Below, one piece after another: positions 1 through 10,543 of a DNA stretch of 64,000 nt (its first letter is position 1; the number at the start of each line of letters is the position of its first letter). The stretch lies in the NCBI GenBank assembly GCA_030765485.1, contig JAVCCR010000014.1, positions 14,332-78,331 on the forward strand. Reading direction: 5' to 3'. The position numbers were made by a program, and so were the translations under genes. The notes under the pieces are model-generated. The model searched no databases, was not told the origin of the DNA, and worked only from the letters and a program-made list of their open reading frames with translations. The DNA is from Candidatus Gygaella obscura. GTDB lineage: Bacteria; Omnitrophota; Gorgyraeia; Gygaellales; Gygaellaceae.

Positions 1-1734
1 TCAATCAATAAGGGAATAGAAAATCTCCAAAAATTAGGAAGTAATGTTTATAGACAGGGTGTTCATATGCTGCCGGGTGTATCTTTAATGATGGCAGAGG
101 GGGTGCTTAATTCTGTAAAAGATTTAAAAAAGCCTTTTATAACTATTATAAATTCCTACACTACACAGATTCCCGGTCATGCCCATTTGGATAAGATTGG
201 TCAAGTTGTAAAAAAAGAGTTAGAAGGCATGGGTGTCAATGTCTGGTATGCTAATATCGGAGGGGCTATTTGTGACGGTATTGCTATGGGGCATTTCGGG
301 ATGAAGTATTCTTTGGCCTCGCGTGAGCTGATAACCGATCAGATTGAGACGATTATCGGTGCTCATCCTTGTGATGCTTGGATTGGAATTGGCAATTGCG
401 ATAAGATTGTTCCGGCTATGTATAATGGCATGGTTAGGCTTAATATCCCTGCGATTTATGTAAGCGGTGGACCAATGCTCGCAGGTAAATGTAATACTGA
501 TTTAATTTCTGTATTTGAAGGTGTAGGTAAAAATAGTGTAGGTAAGCTTTCAAGGAAAGCTTTGGAAGACTTGACTGAAGTTGCCTGTCCGGGTTATGGC
601 AGCTGTTCAGGTATGTTTACGGCTAATTCCATGAATTGTCTGGGAGAGGTTTTAGGTTTTGCGTTATCTGGTAACGGAACAATCCCGGCAACAACTAGGA
701 TTAAAGGTAAAAAGAGACAGTTTACGATAAACCCTCAAAGGATAAAGTTGGCTAAGAAAGCTGCTAGGACCTTGATAGATTTGATGAAAAAAAATATCCG
801 TCCTTTGGATATTTTAACTAAAGATTCTATTGATAATGCTTTTGTGCTTGATATGGCTATGGGAGGTTCAACTAATACAGTTTTACATGTTTTGGCCTTA
901 GCGCATGAAGCAGGAATAGATTATGATTTAAAGCGGATAAGCTATATTGCCAAAAATACACCTAATGTAATAAAAATTGCCCCTTCAAGACTAGAGGTTC
1001 ATTTAGAACACGTGCATAAAATCGGAGGTATGGGTGCGATTTTAAAGTCTGTGGCAAAATCTAAAAGGACCCCTTTAAAGCTAAACGCAAAGACTGTTTA
1101 TGGAAAGCTTAAAGATTATGTTTTAAACTCTGCTGAGCCTGACGAAGATATCTTGCGCAGTATTGATAATGCCTTTTCTCAGCAAGGCGGTTTGGCTGTT
1201 CTTTTCGGTAATATTGCCAAGAAAGGTGCAGTGGTAAAGACAAGCGGTGTCGAATCTGATATGATGAGTTTTACTGGACCTGCCAGGATATATAACTCTC
1301 AGGAAGAATCTTTAGATGGGATTTTAAAAGGAGAGGTTAAAGACGGTGATGTAGTAATAATTCGTTATGAAGGCCCTAAAGGGGGTCCAGGTATGCAGGA
1401 GATGCTTTCTCCTACAGCGGCAATCAAAGGAGCAGGTATAAGAGCAGCCTTGGTAACAGATGGAAGATTCTCTGGGGGTACACGCGGGTTATGTATTGGT
1501 CATGTTTCACCTGAGGCGGCTTCTGGTGGTGAGATAGGCTTACTTAAAAATAAAGATATCATCGAAATCGATGTTAAAGAAAAGTCATTAAATGCAAAAG
1601 TCTCCAGTAAAGAATTTAAAAAAAGAGCCAAAGATAAAAAACCGTTCAAATCCAAAGTGCAGGGTGGTTGGCTGCGTAGATATTCTTATTTTGTAACCAG
1701 TGCAGATACCGGTGCTGTTTTACGCAACCCCTAA
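1..1734 (+). CDS. ilvD: IlvD/EDD-family dehydratase, most likely dihydroxy-acid dehydratase; 5'-partial, the ORF is open to the window edge
   Basis: Frame 1 is open from nt 1 (SINKGIENL... precedes the ATG at 67). The translation carries the family signature '[19 protein letters not shown]' and the N-terminal '[20 protein letters not shown]' block. Length of ~577 aa is typical. Confidence 0.85.
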   Translation, partial: SINKGIENLQKLGSNVYRQGVHMLPGVSLMMAEGVLNSVKDLKKPFITIINSYTTQIPGHAHLDKIGQVVKKELEGMGVNVWYANIGGAICDGIAMGHFGMKYSLASRELITDQIETIIGAHPCDAWIGIGNCDKIVPAMYNGMVRLNIPAIYVSGGPMLAGKCNTDLISVFEGVGKNSVGKLSRKALEDLTEVACPGYGSCSGMFTANSMNCLGEVLGFALSGNGTIPATTRIKGKKRQFTINPQRIKLAKKAARTLIDLMKKNIRPLDILTKDSIDNAFVLDMAMGGSTNTVLHVLALAHEAGIDYDLKRISYIAKNTPNVIKIAPSRLEVHLEHVHKIGGMGAILKSVAKSKRTPLKLNAKTVYGKLKDYVLNSAEPDEDILRSIDNAFSQQGGLAVLFGNIAKKGAVVKTSGVESDMMSFTGPARIYNSQEESLDGILKGEVKDGDVVIIRYEGPKGGPGMQEMLSPTAAIKGAGIRAALVTDGRFSGGTRGLCIGHVSPEAASGGEIGLLKNKDIIEIDVKEKSLNAKVSSKEFKKRAKDKKPFKSKVQGGWLRRYSYFVTSADTGAVLRNP

Positions 1735-1746
1735 AATTATATTAGA

Positions 1747-2877
1747 ATGAAAAACGCTTTTAAGCGTAATTTCAGGATTTTAAGTGTAATAACACTGCTC
1801 TATTTATTTTTAGTAAGCATAAAATTAATAGGTAGTTCTTTTAAGATGTTTGGCTCTGGTTTTGCCGAGAATCTTATCTGTTCCTGCAGCAATCCAATTG
1901 TTGGTCTTTTTATCGGGATTTTAACTACTAGCATCATACAGAGTTCTTCTACCACCACTTCTTTGGTTGTTGGTTTTGTTGGCGGAGGTATGCTTCCGCT
2001 AGATTATGCTATTCCTATTATCATGGGTGCTAATATCGGCACAACTATAACCAACAGCCTTGTATCATTGTCGTTTGTAACCAGAAGAGAGGATTTTAGA
2101 AGGGCTTTTTCCGGTGCGACCATGCATGATTTCTTTAATCTTTGTTCAGTAATACTGTTTTTACCTCTGGAACTAAAATTTCATTTTCTGCAACGGTCAG
2201 CCATTTTTTTAACAAAGATATTCGAGACAGTCGGCGGAGTAAAACTTACTAGTCCTTTGAAGCTGATAATTGATCCTGTAATCGGGATTATCAAACATTT
2301 TTTAAAAGATATAATTAATACCCCGGATATGCTCTGTGGTATTATTATGTTTTCGGTTTCTGTATTTGTTATGATTTTTTCACTTGTTTACATCGTTAAA
2401 GTAATGCGTTCGTTGGTGATTTCTAAGACTGAAGGATTTATCCATAAATATCTTTTCCGTAATGATGCCACTGCATTTATTCTTGCTTTGTCACTCACGG
2501 CGATTATGCAGAGCAGTTCTGTTACCACAGCTTTAGTTGTGCCTTTAATCGGTTCGGGTATCCTTACTGTATATCGGGCCTATCCATATGTTTTAGGCGC
2601 CAATCTGGGCACCACCCTTACCGCACTTCTGGCATCGTTAGCTACAGTATCCATTGTAAACGGTAAGGCAGTTAATACTATCGGGATAACCGCAGCCTTT
2701 GCCCATTTTATGTTTAATATTTGTGGAATTGCTGTTTTTTATCCTTTGAGAAAAATCCCCATATATTTTTCAACGAAGATTTCTGATTTGGCTTATCGTA
2801 AGAGAAGATGGGCCCTTATTTATGTATTGGGGTTTTTTATCATAATTCCTTTAGCTGTGATATTTTTTATTAGGTAA
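1747..2877 (+). CDS. Na+/Pi-cotransporter family (NptA/YjbB-like) membrane protein
   Basis: Polytopic membrane protein with two 'QSSSTTTSLVVGFVGGG' / 'QSSSVTTALVVPLIGSG' Na_Pi_cotrans repeats. ATG follows the ilvD stop. Confidence 0.75.
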   Translation: MKNAFKRNFRILSVITLLYLFLVSIKLIGSSFKMFGSGFAENLICSCSNPIVGLFIGILTTSIIQSSSTTTSLVVGFVGGGMLPLDYAIPIIMGANIGTTITNSLVSLSFVTRREDFRRAFSGATMHDFFNLCSVILFLPLELKFHFLQRSAIFLTKIFETVGGVKLTSPLKLIIDPVIGIIKHFLKDIINTPDMLCGIIMFSVSVFVMIFSLVYIVKVMRSLVISKTEGFIHKYLFRNDATAFILALSLTAIMQSSSVTTALVVPLIGSGILTVYRAYPYVLGANLGTTLTALLASLATVSIVNGKAVNTIGITAAFAHFMFNICGIAVFYPLRKIPIYFSTKISDLAYRKRRWALIYVLGFFIIIPLAVIFFIR

Positions 2878-2901
2878 ATCTTAAAGAAAGAGGTGGTTTA
2901 A

Positions 2902-3573
2902 ATGTTAAGAGAAATAATTGCTGTTTGGAAAGGCGAAAGTTTTATGAATAAGGTGGTTGAGGAGTTTGTTCAGATGTTAAAAGATGCAGATAGTGTCTTT
3001 GAAAAGGCCTGGAATATATTTAAAGATAGCGGGGTCAATGAACAGACAAAGAGCGAGATTTATGAAAAGGATAAATCTGTCAATAAAAAAGAGCGTAAAA
3101 TAAGAAGGATGCTTCTTGAGCACTTGAGTATAAATCCGCAACAGGATGTTTCTGGTTGTCTTGCGATGATAAGCCTGGTTAAGGATGCAGAGCGTATCGG
3201 CGATTATGCTAAGAATATCTTTGAGGTTGGTATCCTTATGGGTGATAAGTTGAAGGATATGCAATATATCACAAGGCTTAGCGATATTCAGTCTAGAATT
3301 AATAGGCATTTTATTACCCTTACCAAGGCCTTTACCGAATCTGATGATACCTCTGCAAAAAAAGTCTTGGAAGATTATAAAAGCATAAAAGAAGAGTGTA
3401 ATAACGTGTTAAACGATTTATTAAATGATTCTATGTCTAATAAGGAGGCGGTTTCAACTGCCCTTTTGTCCAGGTATTTTAAGAGAATAAACTCGCATAT
3501 CAGCAATATTGCTTCAGGATTGGTTTATCCTTTGGATAGGATTGATTTTGTCAGGGGTGATCTTTTAGAGTAG
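2902..3573 (+). CDS. PhoU-like domain protein, a split partner of the Na/Pi cotransporter
   Basis: RBS 'agaggtgg' precedes the ATG. Helical protein with a PhoU-like 'ERIGDYAKNI' motif. In YjbB-type proteins this domain is fused to the transporter. Confidence 0.6.
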   Translation: MLREIIAVWKGESFMNKVVEEFVQMLKDADSVFEKAWNIFKDSGVNEQTKSEIYEKDKSVNKKERKIRRMLLEHLSINPQQDVSGCLAMISLVKDAERIGDYAKNIFEVGILMGDKLKDMQYITRLSDIQSRINRHFITLTKAFTESDDTSAKKVLEDYKSIKEECNNVLNDLLNDSMSNKEAVSTALLSRYFKRINSHISNIASGLVYPLDRIDFVRGDLLE

Positions 3574-3670
3574 TCTAGTTTTATTGACTAATCATTCTCG
3601 CCGTACTATAATTGTATATAGATAAATCTACTGTTTGTTGGTTTTTTATAATAATCCAAAGTATCTTTAC

Positions 3671-6600
3671 ATGAGCCGAACTATTCCTAAAAACCCACAG
3701 TCAAAAAAACATAATTTCTTAGGTTCTAATAGTATGTATAAATCAACTATAGATTCTATGGCTGATGCCATACATGTTATTGATAAAGATTTTAAAATAA
3801 TTATATTCAATAAAAAATTCAAGAATTTTAACCGTAAGATAAAACTACAGATAGATGTTATTGGAAAAAGTATTTTCGATGTTTTTCCTTTTTTGTCAAA
3901 GGATATTTTGGAAGAATATAAGAAAGTATTTGAAACAGGCAAGCTTTTGATTACAGAAGAAAGTAATATTATAAACAAAAAAGAATATTTTACTGAAACT
4001 CGCAAGATCCCCGTGATGGAAAAGGGTAAGGCAATAAATATTATAACTGTAGTAAGGGATATTACTGAACGCAAGAAACAAGAAAAAGAGCTTGTTTTGA
4101 ATAATATGGCAGTGGAATCTTCCGTTGCTGCTTTTGCTGTAGCAGACATCAAAGGTGGGATTATTTCCGTAAATAAAGCATTTTTAAAAACCTGGGGTTA
4201 TAGAAGCAAAAAACATGTTTTAGGAAAGCCGGTTAGTCAGTTTTGGTTAATGGAAAAACAAGTTTTTTATGTTTTAGGGCAATTGAAAAAAAATAAAAGT
4301 TACTTTGGTGAGCTACAAGCAAGAAAAAAAGACGGCTCTTCTTTTGTTGCCAAGGTCTCAGCCAGTATTATTAGAGATAAGCAGGATAATCCTATTGCTA
4401 TGATGGCTTATTTTATGGATGTTACTAAGGAAAATCAGACAAAAGAAAGTCTAATAAATTCAGAAGCAAAGTATCGTTTGGTTATGGAGAATATGCACGA
4501 TTTGGTGTTTCAGGTTTCACCGCTTGGTTTTATTCAGTATATCAGCCCAAAGGTAAAAGATTTTTACGGTTATACTCCTAAGGAGTTAATTGGTAAACAT
4601 ATAAAACAGACTACTGTTTTAAGCCAGCTTCCCAAGGCTTTATTGGTATTGAAACGCGTTTTAAGTGGTGAGAATATCAGGGATTTTGAAATCAGGCTGA
4701 AGAATAAACAAGGTAAGCCTACGGTTATGGAGGTCAATATATTCCCTGTAGTAAGTAACGGTCGTATAATAGCAGTACAAGGAGTAATGAGAGATGTTAC
4801 TAATATTAGAAGAATCCAGCTTACTGTCAGAAAAAATGAACAGCTTCTTAAGGCCATAGTAAACAGCAGCCCCAACTGTGTTTATGTAAAAGACGATAAA
4901 GACAGATTTATTCTTGTGAATAAGAAGATGACTTCGCTTTTTTCGCTTAGGGCAGAGGATTTTATTAATAAGACTGTAAAACAGGTTTTTGCTTCTTTTG
5001 ATAAAAAGCCGGGATATGCGTTTAAGAAGATTTTTGAAGGTGATAAGGATGTAATCATAAGCAAAAAGATTAAAGTTGTCCCTGAAGAGAATTTGGTTTG
5101 TCCGGATGGCAGTAAAATCTGTTATCGGTTAAACAAAATTCCTTTAGATACAGCTGATTATAGAAATTGTGTTTTAGGTATTGCGATTGATCTAACAGAT
5201 TATAAAAAAGCAATAGAGCAAGTAAGGTTGTTAAAGGAAAGAATTGAATTTATTTTAGGAGCAACAAATACAGGCTTGGATATTATCGACAGCAATTTTA
5301 ATATTGTCTATATAGATCCAATCTGGGCCAGTAAGTATGGGAAATCAGTAGGTAGGAAATGCTACGAGTATTTTATGAAGCGCAATGAACCCTGTCTGGA
5401 TTGCGGGATAATCAAAGCTAAACGTACTAATAAACCGGTTGTTTCCGATGAGGTGTTGGTAAGGGAGAAAAACAGACTTGTACAGATAACTACAATTCCT
5501 TTTAAGGGCAAGACAGGTAATAGTTTATTTGCTGAAGTTAATGTTGATATCACTGAAAGAAAAAAAGCAGAAGAAAAAATCGCTGATACGGAAAGAAGAT
5601 TAGTGGATTTTTATGAGAGTAGCCGCGATGCGTATGTATTTGTGGATATGAAAGGTAATATTAAGGAGTTTAATAAAGCCTATAAGGATATGCTTGGCTA
5701 TACTGATAGCGAGTTGGTAAAATTGACTTATAAAAAACTAACTCCCAAAAAATGGCATGCCATGGAGGAGGAGATTGTAAAAACGCAGATTTTAAAACAT
5801 GGTTTTTCTGAGCTTTATGAAAAGGAATATGTTAGAAGTAATGGTAGTGTAATTCCTGTTGAATTAAGGACTTGTCTTGTAAAAGATGTTTTTGGTAAGC
5901 CAGAAGGGATGTGGGCTTTTATTAGGGATATATCTATTAGAAAGGAAACCGAAAATAATCTCAAGCAGGTTTATCAAAGGCTTAAGGTAACCCAGGATAA
6001 CCTTATTCTTTCTGAGAAGCTTGCTGCTTTAGGAAAATTTTCATTAGGTATTGCCCATGAAGTAAAAAATCCTTTAGGTATTGCTTTAGGCGGGGTGGAG
6101 TTTTTGAATCAGAAGCTAGCAGATAAAGATGAAGAACTTGTTCTTACTGTAGCTAAGATAAAAGATGCGCTTATGCGGGCGAATAAGATACTTTATTCTC
6201 TGTTGCAGACGGCAAGGCCAACTAAGATGAATATTGTCGAATCAGACATAAATGAGCTGATTGATGATGTTTTAAGTCTGGTGCAATTTAAGATTGATCC
6301 TCAAAGAATTACAATAGAAAAGGATTTTGTTTTAGGTTGCGTTAATGCTAAAGTTGATAAATCCCAGATTCATCAGGTTATGTTCAATGTTTTTATGAAT
6401 GCCATAGAGGCTATGCCTAAAAAGGGGAAACTATTAGTAAAGACATATATAAAAGAATTAAAAGAGAATAAAAAACAATGTGTAATAGAGGTAATTGATA
6501 CTGGTAAAGGAATAGAGAAGGATAATCTTTCTAAATTGTTTGAGCCTTTCTTTAGTACTAAGGATAAGGATAAAGGCTTGGGGTTGGGTTTAATTATTGT

Positions 6601-6694
6601 AAAGGATATAATTGACAGGCATAAAGGCACCTTTTCCATAAAGAGCCAGCCCAAAAAGGGTGCGTGTGCAGTGATTACTCTTCCAATGGATTAA
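3671..6694 (+). CDS. Multi-PAS sensor histidine kinase (~5–6 PAS/PAC modules + HisKA + HATPase_c)
   Basis: Repeated PAS-like blocks. H-box 'LGIAHEVKNPLGIA'. G-box 'GLGLGLIIVKDIIDRHKGTFSI'. The ORF-track start at 3635 is a TTG; the first ATG at 3671 is more plausible, but the start is uncertain. Confidence 0.85.
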   Translation: MSRTIPKNPQSKKHNFLGSNSMYKSTIDSMADAIHVIDKDFKIIIFNKKFKNFNRKIKLQIDVIGKSIFDVFPFLSKDILEEYKKVFETGKLLITEESNIINKKEYFTETRKIPVMEKGKAINIITVVRDITERKKQEKELVLNNMAVESSVAAFAVADIKGGIISVNKAFLKTWGYRSKKHVLGKPVSQFWLMEKQVFYVLGQLKKNKSYFGELQARKKDGSSFVAKVSASIIRDKQDNPIAMMAYFMDVTKENQTKESLINSEAKYRLVMENMHDLVFQVSPLGFIQYISPKVKDFYGYTPKELIGKHIKQTTVLSQLPKALLVLKRVLSGENIRDFEIRLKNKQGKPTVMEVNIFPVVSNGRIIAVQGVMRDVTNIRRIQLTVRKNEQLLKAIVNSSPNCVYVKDDKDRFILVNKKMTSLFSLRAEDFINKTVKQVFASFDKKPGYAFKKIFEGDKDVIISKKIKVVPEENLVCPDGSKICYRLNKIPLDTADYRNCVLGIAIDLTDYKKAIEQVRLLKERIEFILGATNTGLDIIDSNFNIVYIDPIWASKYGKSVGRKCYEYFMKRNEPCLDCGIIKAKRTNKPVVSDEVLVREKNRLVQITTIPFKGKTGNSLFAEVNVDITERKKAEEKIADTERRLVDFYESSRDAYVFVDMKGNIKEFNKAYKDMLGYTDSELVKLTYKKLTPKKWHAMEEEIVKTQILKHGFSELYEKEYVRSNGSVIPVELRTCLVKDVFGKPEGMWAFIRDISIRKETENNLKQVYQRLKVTQDNLILSEKLAALGKFSLGIAHEVKNPLGIALGGVEFLNQKLADKDEELVLTVAKIKDALMRANKILYSLLQTARPTKMNIVESDINELIDDVLSLVQFKIDPQRITIEKDFVLGCVNAKVDKSQIHQVMFNVFMNAIEAMPKKGKLLVKTYIKELKENKKQCVIEVIDTGKGIEKDNLSKLFEPFFSTKDKDKGLGLGLIIVKDIIDRHKGTFSIKSQPKKGACAVITLPMD

Positions 6695-6709
6695 AAATGG
6701 AGATTAAAG

Positions 6710-7078
6710 ATGAAAAGAATAATGATAGTAGATGATGAAAAGGACTTTTGTTTTTTTATCAAAAAGAATTTAGAGCTTACCAAACTGTTTGAGGTTTTGG
6801 TTTGTATAGATGCAAAAGAAGCGTTTCAAAAGATCAAGAATGAAAAGCCTAATCTGGTGATTCTTGATGTGGCTATGCCGGATAAAGATGGAAGCCAGAT
6901 TGCCCAGGAAATAGAAGAAGACGAAGAGCTTAAACATCTTCCTTTTATATTTTTAACCGCTTTAGTTACAGAAGAAGAAGCCAAAAGGCAAGCCAGTCAG
7001 AGTAAGCGTCAATATATATTTTCTAAGCCTGTTGAGATTCAAAGTCTTATTAACACAATTAATAAATTGCTTGTATAA
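6710..7078 (+). CDS. Stand-alone response-regulator receiver (CheY-like)
   Basis: 'IMIVDDE', 'LVILDVAMPDKDG' and 'FSKPV' motifs. GGAG RBS. Lies 16 nt after the kinase stop. Confidence 0.85.
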   Translation: MKRIMIVDDEKDFCFFIKKNLELTKLFEVLVCIDAKEAFQKIKNEKPNLVILDVAMPDKDGSQIAQEIEEDEELKHLPFIFLTALVTEEEAKRQASQSKRQYIFSKPVEIQSLINTINKLLV

Positions 7079-7115
7079 TTTTTAATTGAGTAGAAAAATA
7101 ATTTATTTTCTGCTC

Positions 7116-7145
7116 TTGACAGAAGATAAGATTTTATGTTATACT
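7116..7145 (+). promoter_or_regulatory. Sigma70-type promoter with extended -10 upstream of the fur-family gene
   Basis: TTGACA (7116-7121), an 18-nt spacer, then TGtTATACT with -10 at 7140-7145, about 40 nt before the ATG at 7187. Confidence 0.5.
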
Positions 7146-7156
7146 CTAATTGGAAA

Positions 7157-7171
7157 TGAAAACCATTTTCA
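7157..7171 (+). promoter_or_regulatory. Perfect 6-3-6 inverted repeat TGAAAA-cca-TTTTCA between the -10 and the RBS; candidate autoregulatory operator
   Basis: Read directly: 7157-7162 TGAAAA, 7166-7171 TTTTCA (the reverse complement of TGAAAA). It sits where a repressor would block transcription initiation. Confidence 0.3.
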
Positions 7172-7186
7172 ATAAGGAGAGATAGA

Positions 7187-7648
7187 ATGCCATTTAGAAA
7201 AAGAGGTTTTCAAAAGGCGTGGCAGGGGCAGATTAAAGATGCGGGATTTCGTTGGACTATGCCAAGACAGGTTATTTTGAATGTATTGGCAAATACTAAA
7301 GATCATTTAAGCGCCGAAGATATCTATTTAAAGGTACATAATATATATCCGCAGGTGGGCTTGACAACTATTTATAGGACTTTGGATCTATTGGTTAATA
7401 TGGGGCTTGTTTTAAAAAGTGATTTTGGTGATGGGCGGGCGCGTTTTGAGATTAAAAGACAGGATAAAAAACATCATCATCATCTGATATGCACGAAATG
7501 TTCTCGGGTTATAGACTATACGGATTTTATTGATAAAGAAGTTAAATTGCTTAAAGAAACCGAAAAAGGTTTAAGTGAAAAGTTTGACTTTGATATAACA
7601 GGTCATTTGATTCAATTTTATGGAGTCTGCAAAGATTGCAGAAAGTAA
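7187..7648 (+). CDS. Fur-family metalloregulator (Fur/Zur/PerR-like)
   Basis: Winged-helix N-terminus. 'HHHHLICTKCSRV' and C-terminal 'CKDC' form the two CxxC metal sites. RBS 'aaggagag'. Confidence 0.85.
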   Translation: MPFRKRGFQKAWQGQIKDAGFRWTMPRQVILNVLANTKDHLSAEDIYLKVHNIYPQVGLTTIYRTLDLLVNMGLVLKSDFGDGRARFEIKRQDKKHHHHLICTKCSRVIDYTDFIDKEVKLLKETEKGLSEKFDFDITGHLIQFYGVCKDCRK

Positions 7649-7663
7649 AAAAAGGAGGATATT

Positions 7664-8026
7664 ATGCCTAGAGGAGATGGAACAGGTCCAGCAGGACAGG
7701 GACCAACGACAGGAAGAGGCTTAGGCTATTGTGCTGGTTTTTCCGCATCTGGTTATGCTAACTCGGGTTTTGGAAGGGGATATGGCATGGGTGCAGGCCG
7801 TGGTATGGGGAGAGGCAGACGTAATTGGTTTTACCAGACAGGTATGCCTGGTTCGGTAAGGGCTGGTTATGGTATGCCTGCTTATGGTAATCCTAATCAG
7901 TTTTATGCTGCGCCTTCAAAAGAAGAACAGTTGGATATCCTAAAAAATGAGGCTGAAAGTCTAAAGGTAAGATTAAAGGATATTGATTCTCAGCTGGATA
8001 GTTTAAGCAAGGAAGAAAACAAGTAA
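7664..8026 (+). CDS. DUF5320-family Gly-rich protein
   Basis: Begins with the characteristic 'MPRGDGTGPAGQGPTTGRGLGYCAG'. C-terminal coiled coil. Perfect RBS 'aaaggagg'. Confidence 0.7.
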   Translation: MPRGDGTGPAGQGPTTGRGLGYCAGFSASGYANSGFGRGYGMGAGRGMGRGRRNWFYQTGMPGSVRAGYGMPAYGNPNQFYAAPSKEEQLDILKNEAESLKVRLKDIDSQLDSLSKEENK

Positions 8027-8045
8027 ATAAACACAAGGAGATAAT

Positions 8046-8423
8046 ATGCGTTTTGCAATATCTACCGATAAGAGTGAAGTGTCTGCTCATTTTGGCAGAT
8101 GTCCATCTTTTACTATTGTTGATATTGAGGAAGGTTCAGTAAAGACCAGGCTTTTAGTGGCTAATCCAGGGCACCATCCGGGTTTTATTCCTCAGTTTTT
8201 GCATGAAAAAGGAGTGGAGTGTGTTATTACAGGTGGGATGGGTATGAATGCAACAAATTTATTTAATCAGCATCAGATTAAAACAGTCGTAGGTGTTACC
8301 GGAAGTATTGATGATGTAATCAATGCAATATGTGAGGGTAAATTGGCCAGCGGTGAAAGTCTTTGCAAGCCAGGCCAGGGTAAAGGATATGGTTTGGATA
8401 AGACTGTTTGTGATCACGAATAA
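8046..8423 (+). CDS. NifX/NafY/NifB-C-terminal-like dinitrogenase FeMo-cofactor-biosynthesis domain protein
   Basis: 'MRFAISTDKSEVSAHFGRCPSFTIVD' is a typical Nitro_FeMo-Co domain start. ~125 aa. Confidence 0.75.
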   Translation: MRFAISTDKSEVSAHFGRCPSFTIVDIEEGSVKTRLLVANPGHHPGFIPQFLHEKGVECVITGGMGMNATNLFNQHQIKTVVGVTGSIDDVINAICEGKLASGESLCKPGQGKGYGLDKTVCDHE

Positions 8424-8447
8424 GGAAAGTTAATAAAAGGAGAGATA

Positions 8448-8813
8448 ATGAGAATTTGTGTTACTTCACAGGGTGATAATTTAGATTCAAAAGTTGACCC
8501 GCGTTTTGGCAGATGTCAGTACTTTATTATTGTAGATTCAGATACCTTGGAATTTGAGGCTGTAAAAAACCCTAATATTGATGGTATGGGTGGAGTAGGG
8601 GTACAGTCTGCACAATTTGTCATCTCCAAGGACTTAGCAGCTGTTTTAACCGGTAATGTTGGGCCCAATGCGTTCTCAACCCTAGGGGCAGCGAATCTCA
8701 AGGTTATTACCGGAGTGTCCGGTACAATAAAAGAGGTAGTGGATAATTATAAAAACGGAAAATACAATTCTATAAACGGTCCTAGCGTAGATTCTAAATT
8801 TGGGATGTCTTAA
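8448..8813 (+). CDS. Second NifX/NafY-like FeMo-cofactor-domain protein
   Basis: 'MRICVTSQGDNLDSKVDPRFGRCQYFIIVD', a paralogue of the preceding gene. Confidence 0.75.
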   Translation: MRICVTSQGDNLDSKVDPRFGRCQYFIIVDSDTLEFEAVKNPNIDGMGGVGVQSAQFVISKDLAAVLTGNVGPNAFSTLGAANLKVITGVSGTIKEVVDNYKNGKYNSINGPSVDSKFGMS

Positions 8814-8824
8814 ACTTTCATACT

Positions 8825-9685
8825 ATGATAATATCAGTTGCAAGCGGCAAGGGTGGGACAGGCAAAACAACTGTTGCTGTTAATTTAGCCTTATCTTTAG
8901 ATAAAAAACTGCAGTTTCTAGACTGTGATGTTGAAGAACCCAATGCCCATTTATTTTTAAAACCTACAATAGAGAAAATTGAGCCGAGTTTTATCAAGGT
9001 GCCTAAGATTGATGAGTCTTTGTGTAATCTATGCGGCAGGTGTTCGTCAATCTGTGAATATAATGCTTTGGCTGTTATTCCCAAGACAGAAAAGATAGCT
9101 GGCAGGGTAATGGTTTTTCAGCAGCTTTGTCATGGTTGTGGTGGGTGTATGTTGCTTTGTCCTCAGAAGGCAATTACAGAAGTCGATCGTAAAATAGGTG
9201 TAGTGGAAATCGGAAGACATAAGGATATCCAGTTTATTCATGGAAAGATTGATATTTCCGAACCAATGGCGCCACCTTTGATTCGTCATGTCAAAAAATA
9301 TATTGATAAAGATGGTTTAACTATCAGTGATTGTCCGCCAGGCACATCTTGTCCGGTAGTTACTTCTGTTAAGGGCAGTGATTTTTGTATTTTAGTGACC
9401 GAACCAACTCCTTTTGGTCTGCATGATTTAAGTTTAGCCGTAGAGCTTTTAAGGAAAATTAATATTAAATTCGCTATTGCACTGAATAAATCAGGTCCAA
9501 CGGATAAAATCATTGATGATTACTGTAAAAAAGAAAATATTTCTATTCTTATTAGAATTCCATTTGATAAAAAAATAGCCAGTGCGTATTCTAAAGGTGA
9601 AAATATCGTTGAGGTATTTCCTGAATACAAAAACGATTTTAAAGATTTATTTAATAAAATAATTTCAATAGTTAAAAAGCAATGA
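8825..9685 (+). CDS. MinD/ParA-superfamily P-loop ATPase with inserted 4Fe-4S ferredoxin domain
   Basis: Deviant Walker A 'SGKGGTGKTT'. Two Cys clusters, 'CNLCGRCSSICEYNA' and 'CHGCGGCMLLCPQKA'. Confidence 0.8.
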   Translation: MIISVASGKGGTGKTTVAVNLALSLDKKLQFLDCDVEEPNAHLFLKPTIEKIEPSFIKVPKIDESLCNLCGRCSSICEYNALAVIPKTEKIAGRVMVFQQLCHGCGGCMLLCPQKAITEVDRKIGVVEIGRHKDIQFIHGKIDISEPMAPPLIRHVKKYIDKDGLTISDCPPGTSCPVVTSVKGSDFCILVTEPTPFGLHDLSLAVELLRKINIKFAIALNKSGPTDKIIDDYCKKENISILIRIPFDKKIASAYSKGENIVEVFPEYKNDFKDLFNKIISIVKKQ

Positions 9686-10536
9686 AACAGATACTTGTAA
9701 TCAGTGGTAAAGGCGGTACAGGTAAAACAGTGCTATCGGCTTCTTTTGCAGCGCTAGCAAAAAAATGCGTGGTTTCTGATTGCGATGTGGATGCAGCGGA
9801 TTTACATCTTTTATTGCGTCCGAAGATAAAACAGACAGAAAAATTTAAAAGTGGCAAGACTGCCTATATTGACGAAAATATATGCATAAAATGTGGTAAA
9901 TGCATTAATTTTTGCAGGTTTGATGCCATAACCAAAGATTTTAGAATAGATGATGTATCCTGCGAAGGATGCGCAGCCTGTAGTTATCTGTGCCCTGTTT
10001 CAGCGATAAAGATGAGAGAAAATGAATCCGGAGAGTGTTTTGTTTCTGATACTGATTACGGCACTATGGTGCATGCCAGGCTTGGTATTGCAGAAGAAAA
10101 CTCCGGCAAGCTGGTAAGCCTGGTAAGAAAAAAATCCCAGGAGATAGCAATTGCTCAGCAGTGCGAGTTTTTAATAATTGACGGACCTCCAGGAATAGGT
10201 TGTCCTGTTATTGCTTCACTTGCTGCGGTGGATATTGCAGTTGTGGTGACTGAACCTACCATTTCTGGCTTGCATGATGCTAAAAGAGTTATTGAACTTG
10301 CAAATCATTTTAAGGTTCCAGTTAATTTAGTCATAAATAAATTCGATCTTAATTTGGAAATGAGTGAGAAAATTGAAAATTACTGTAAGGATAGTAACAT
10401 TAAAGTATTAGGTAAGATTGGTTTTGATCAAACGTTTATTAAAAGTCTTGTTGAGGCAAAGCCCATTGTAGAATGCAGTTATGCCAAGGTAAAAAAGGAT
10501 ATTGTGGATATTTGGCAAAAGTTGATTTATAATTGA
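9682..10536 (+). CDS. Second MinD/ParA-type ATPase with ferredoxin insert
   Basis: 'SGKGGTGKTV'; 'CIKCGKCINFC' and 'CEGCAACSYLCP'. Overlaps the upstream stop by 4 nt (ATGA). Confidence 0.8.
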   Translation: MKQILVISGKGGTGKTVLSASFAALAKKCVVSDCDVDAADLHLLLRPKIKQTEKFKSGKTAYIDENICIKCGKCINFCRFDAITKDFRIDDVSCEGCAACSYLCPVSAIKMRENESGECFVSDTDYGTMVHARLGIAEENSGKLVSLVRKKSQEIAIAQQCEFLIIDGPPGIGCPVIASLAAVDIAVVVTEPTISGLHDAKRVIELANHFKVPVNLVINKFDLNLEMSEKIENYCKDSNIKVLGKIGFDQTFIKSLVEAKPIVECSYAKVKKDIVDIWQKLIYN

Positions 10537-10543
10537 TTTTAAG

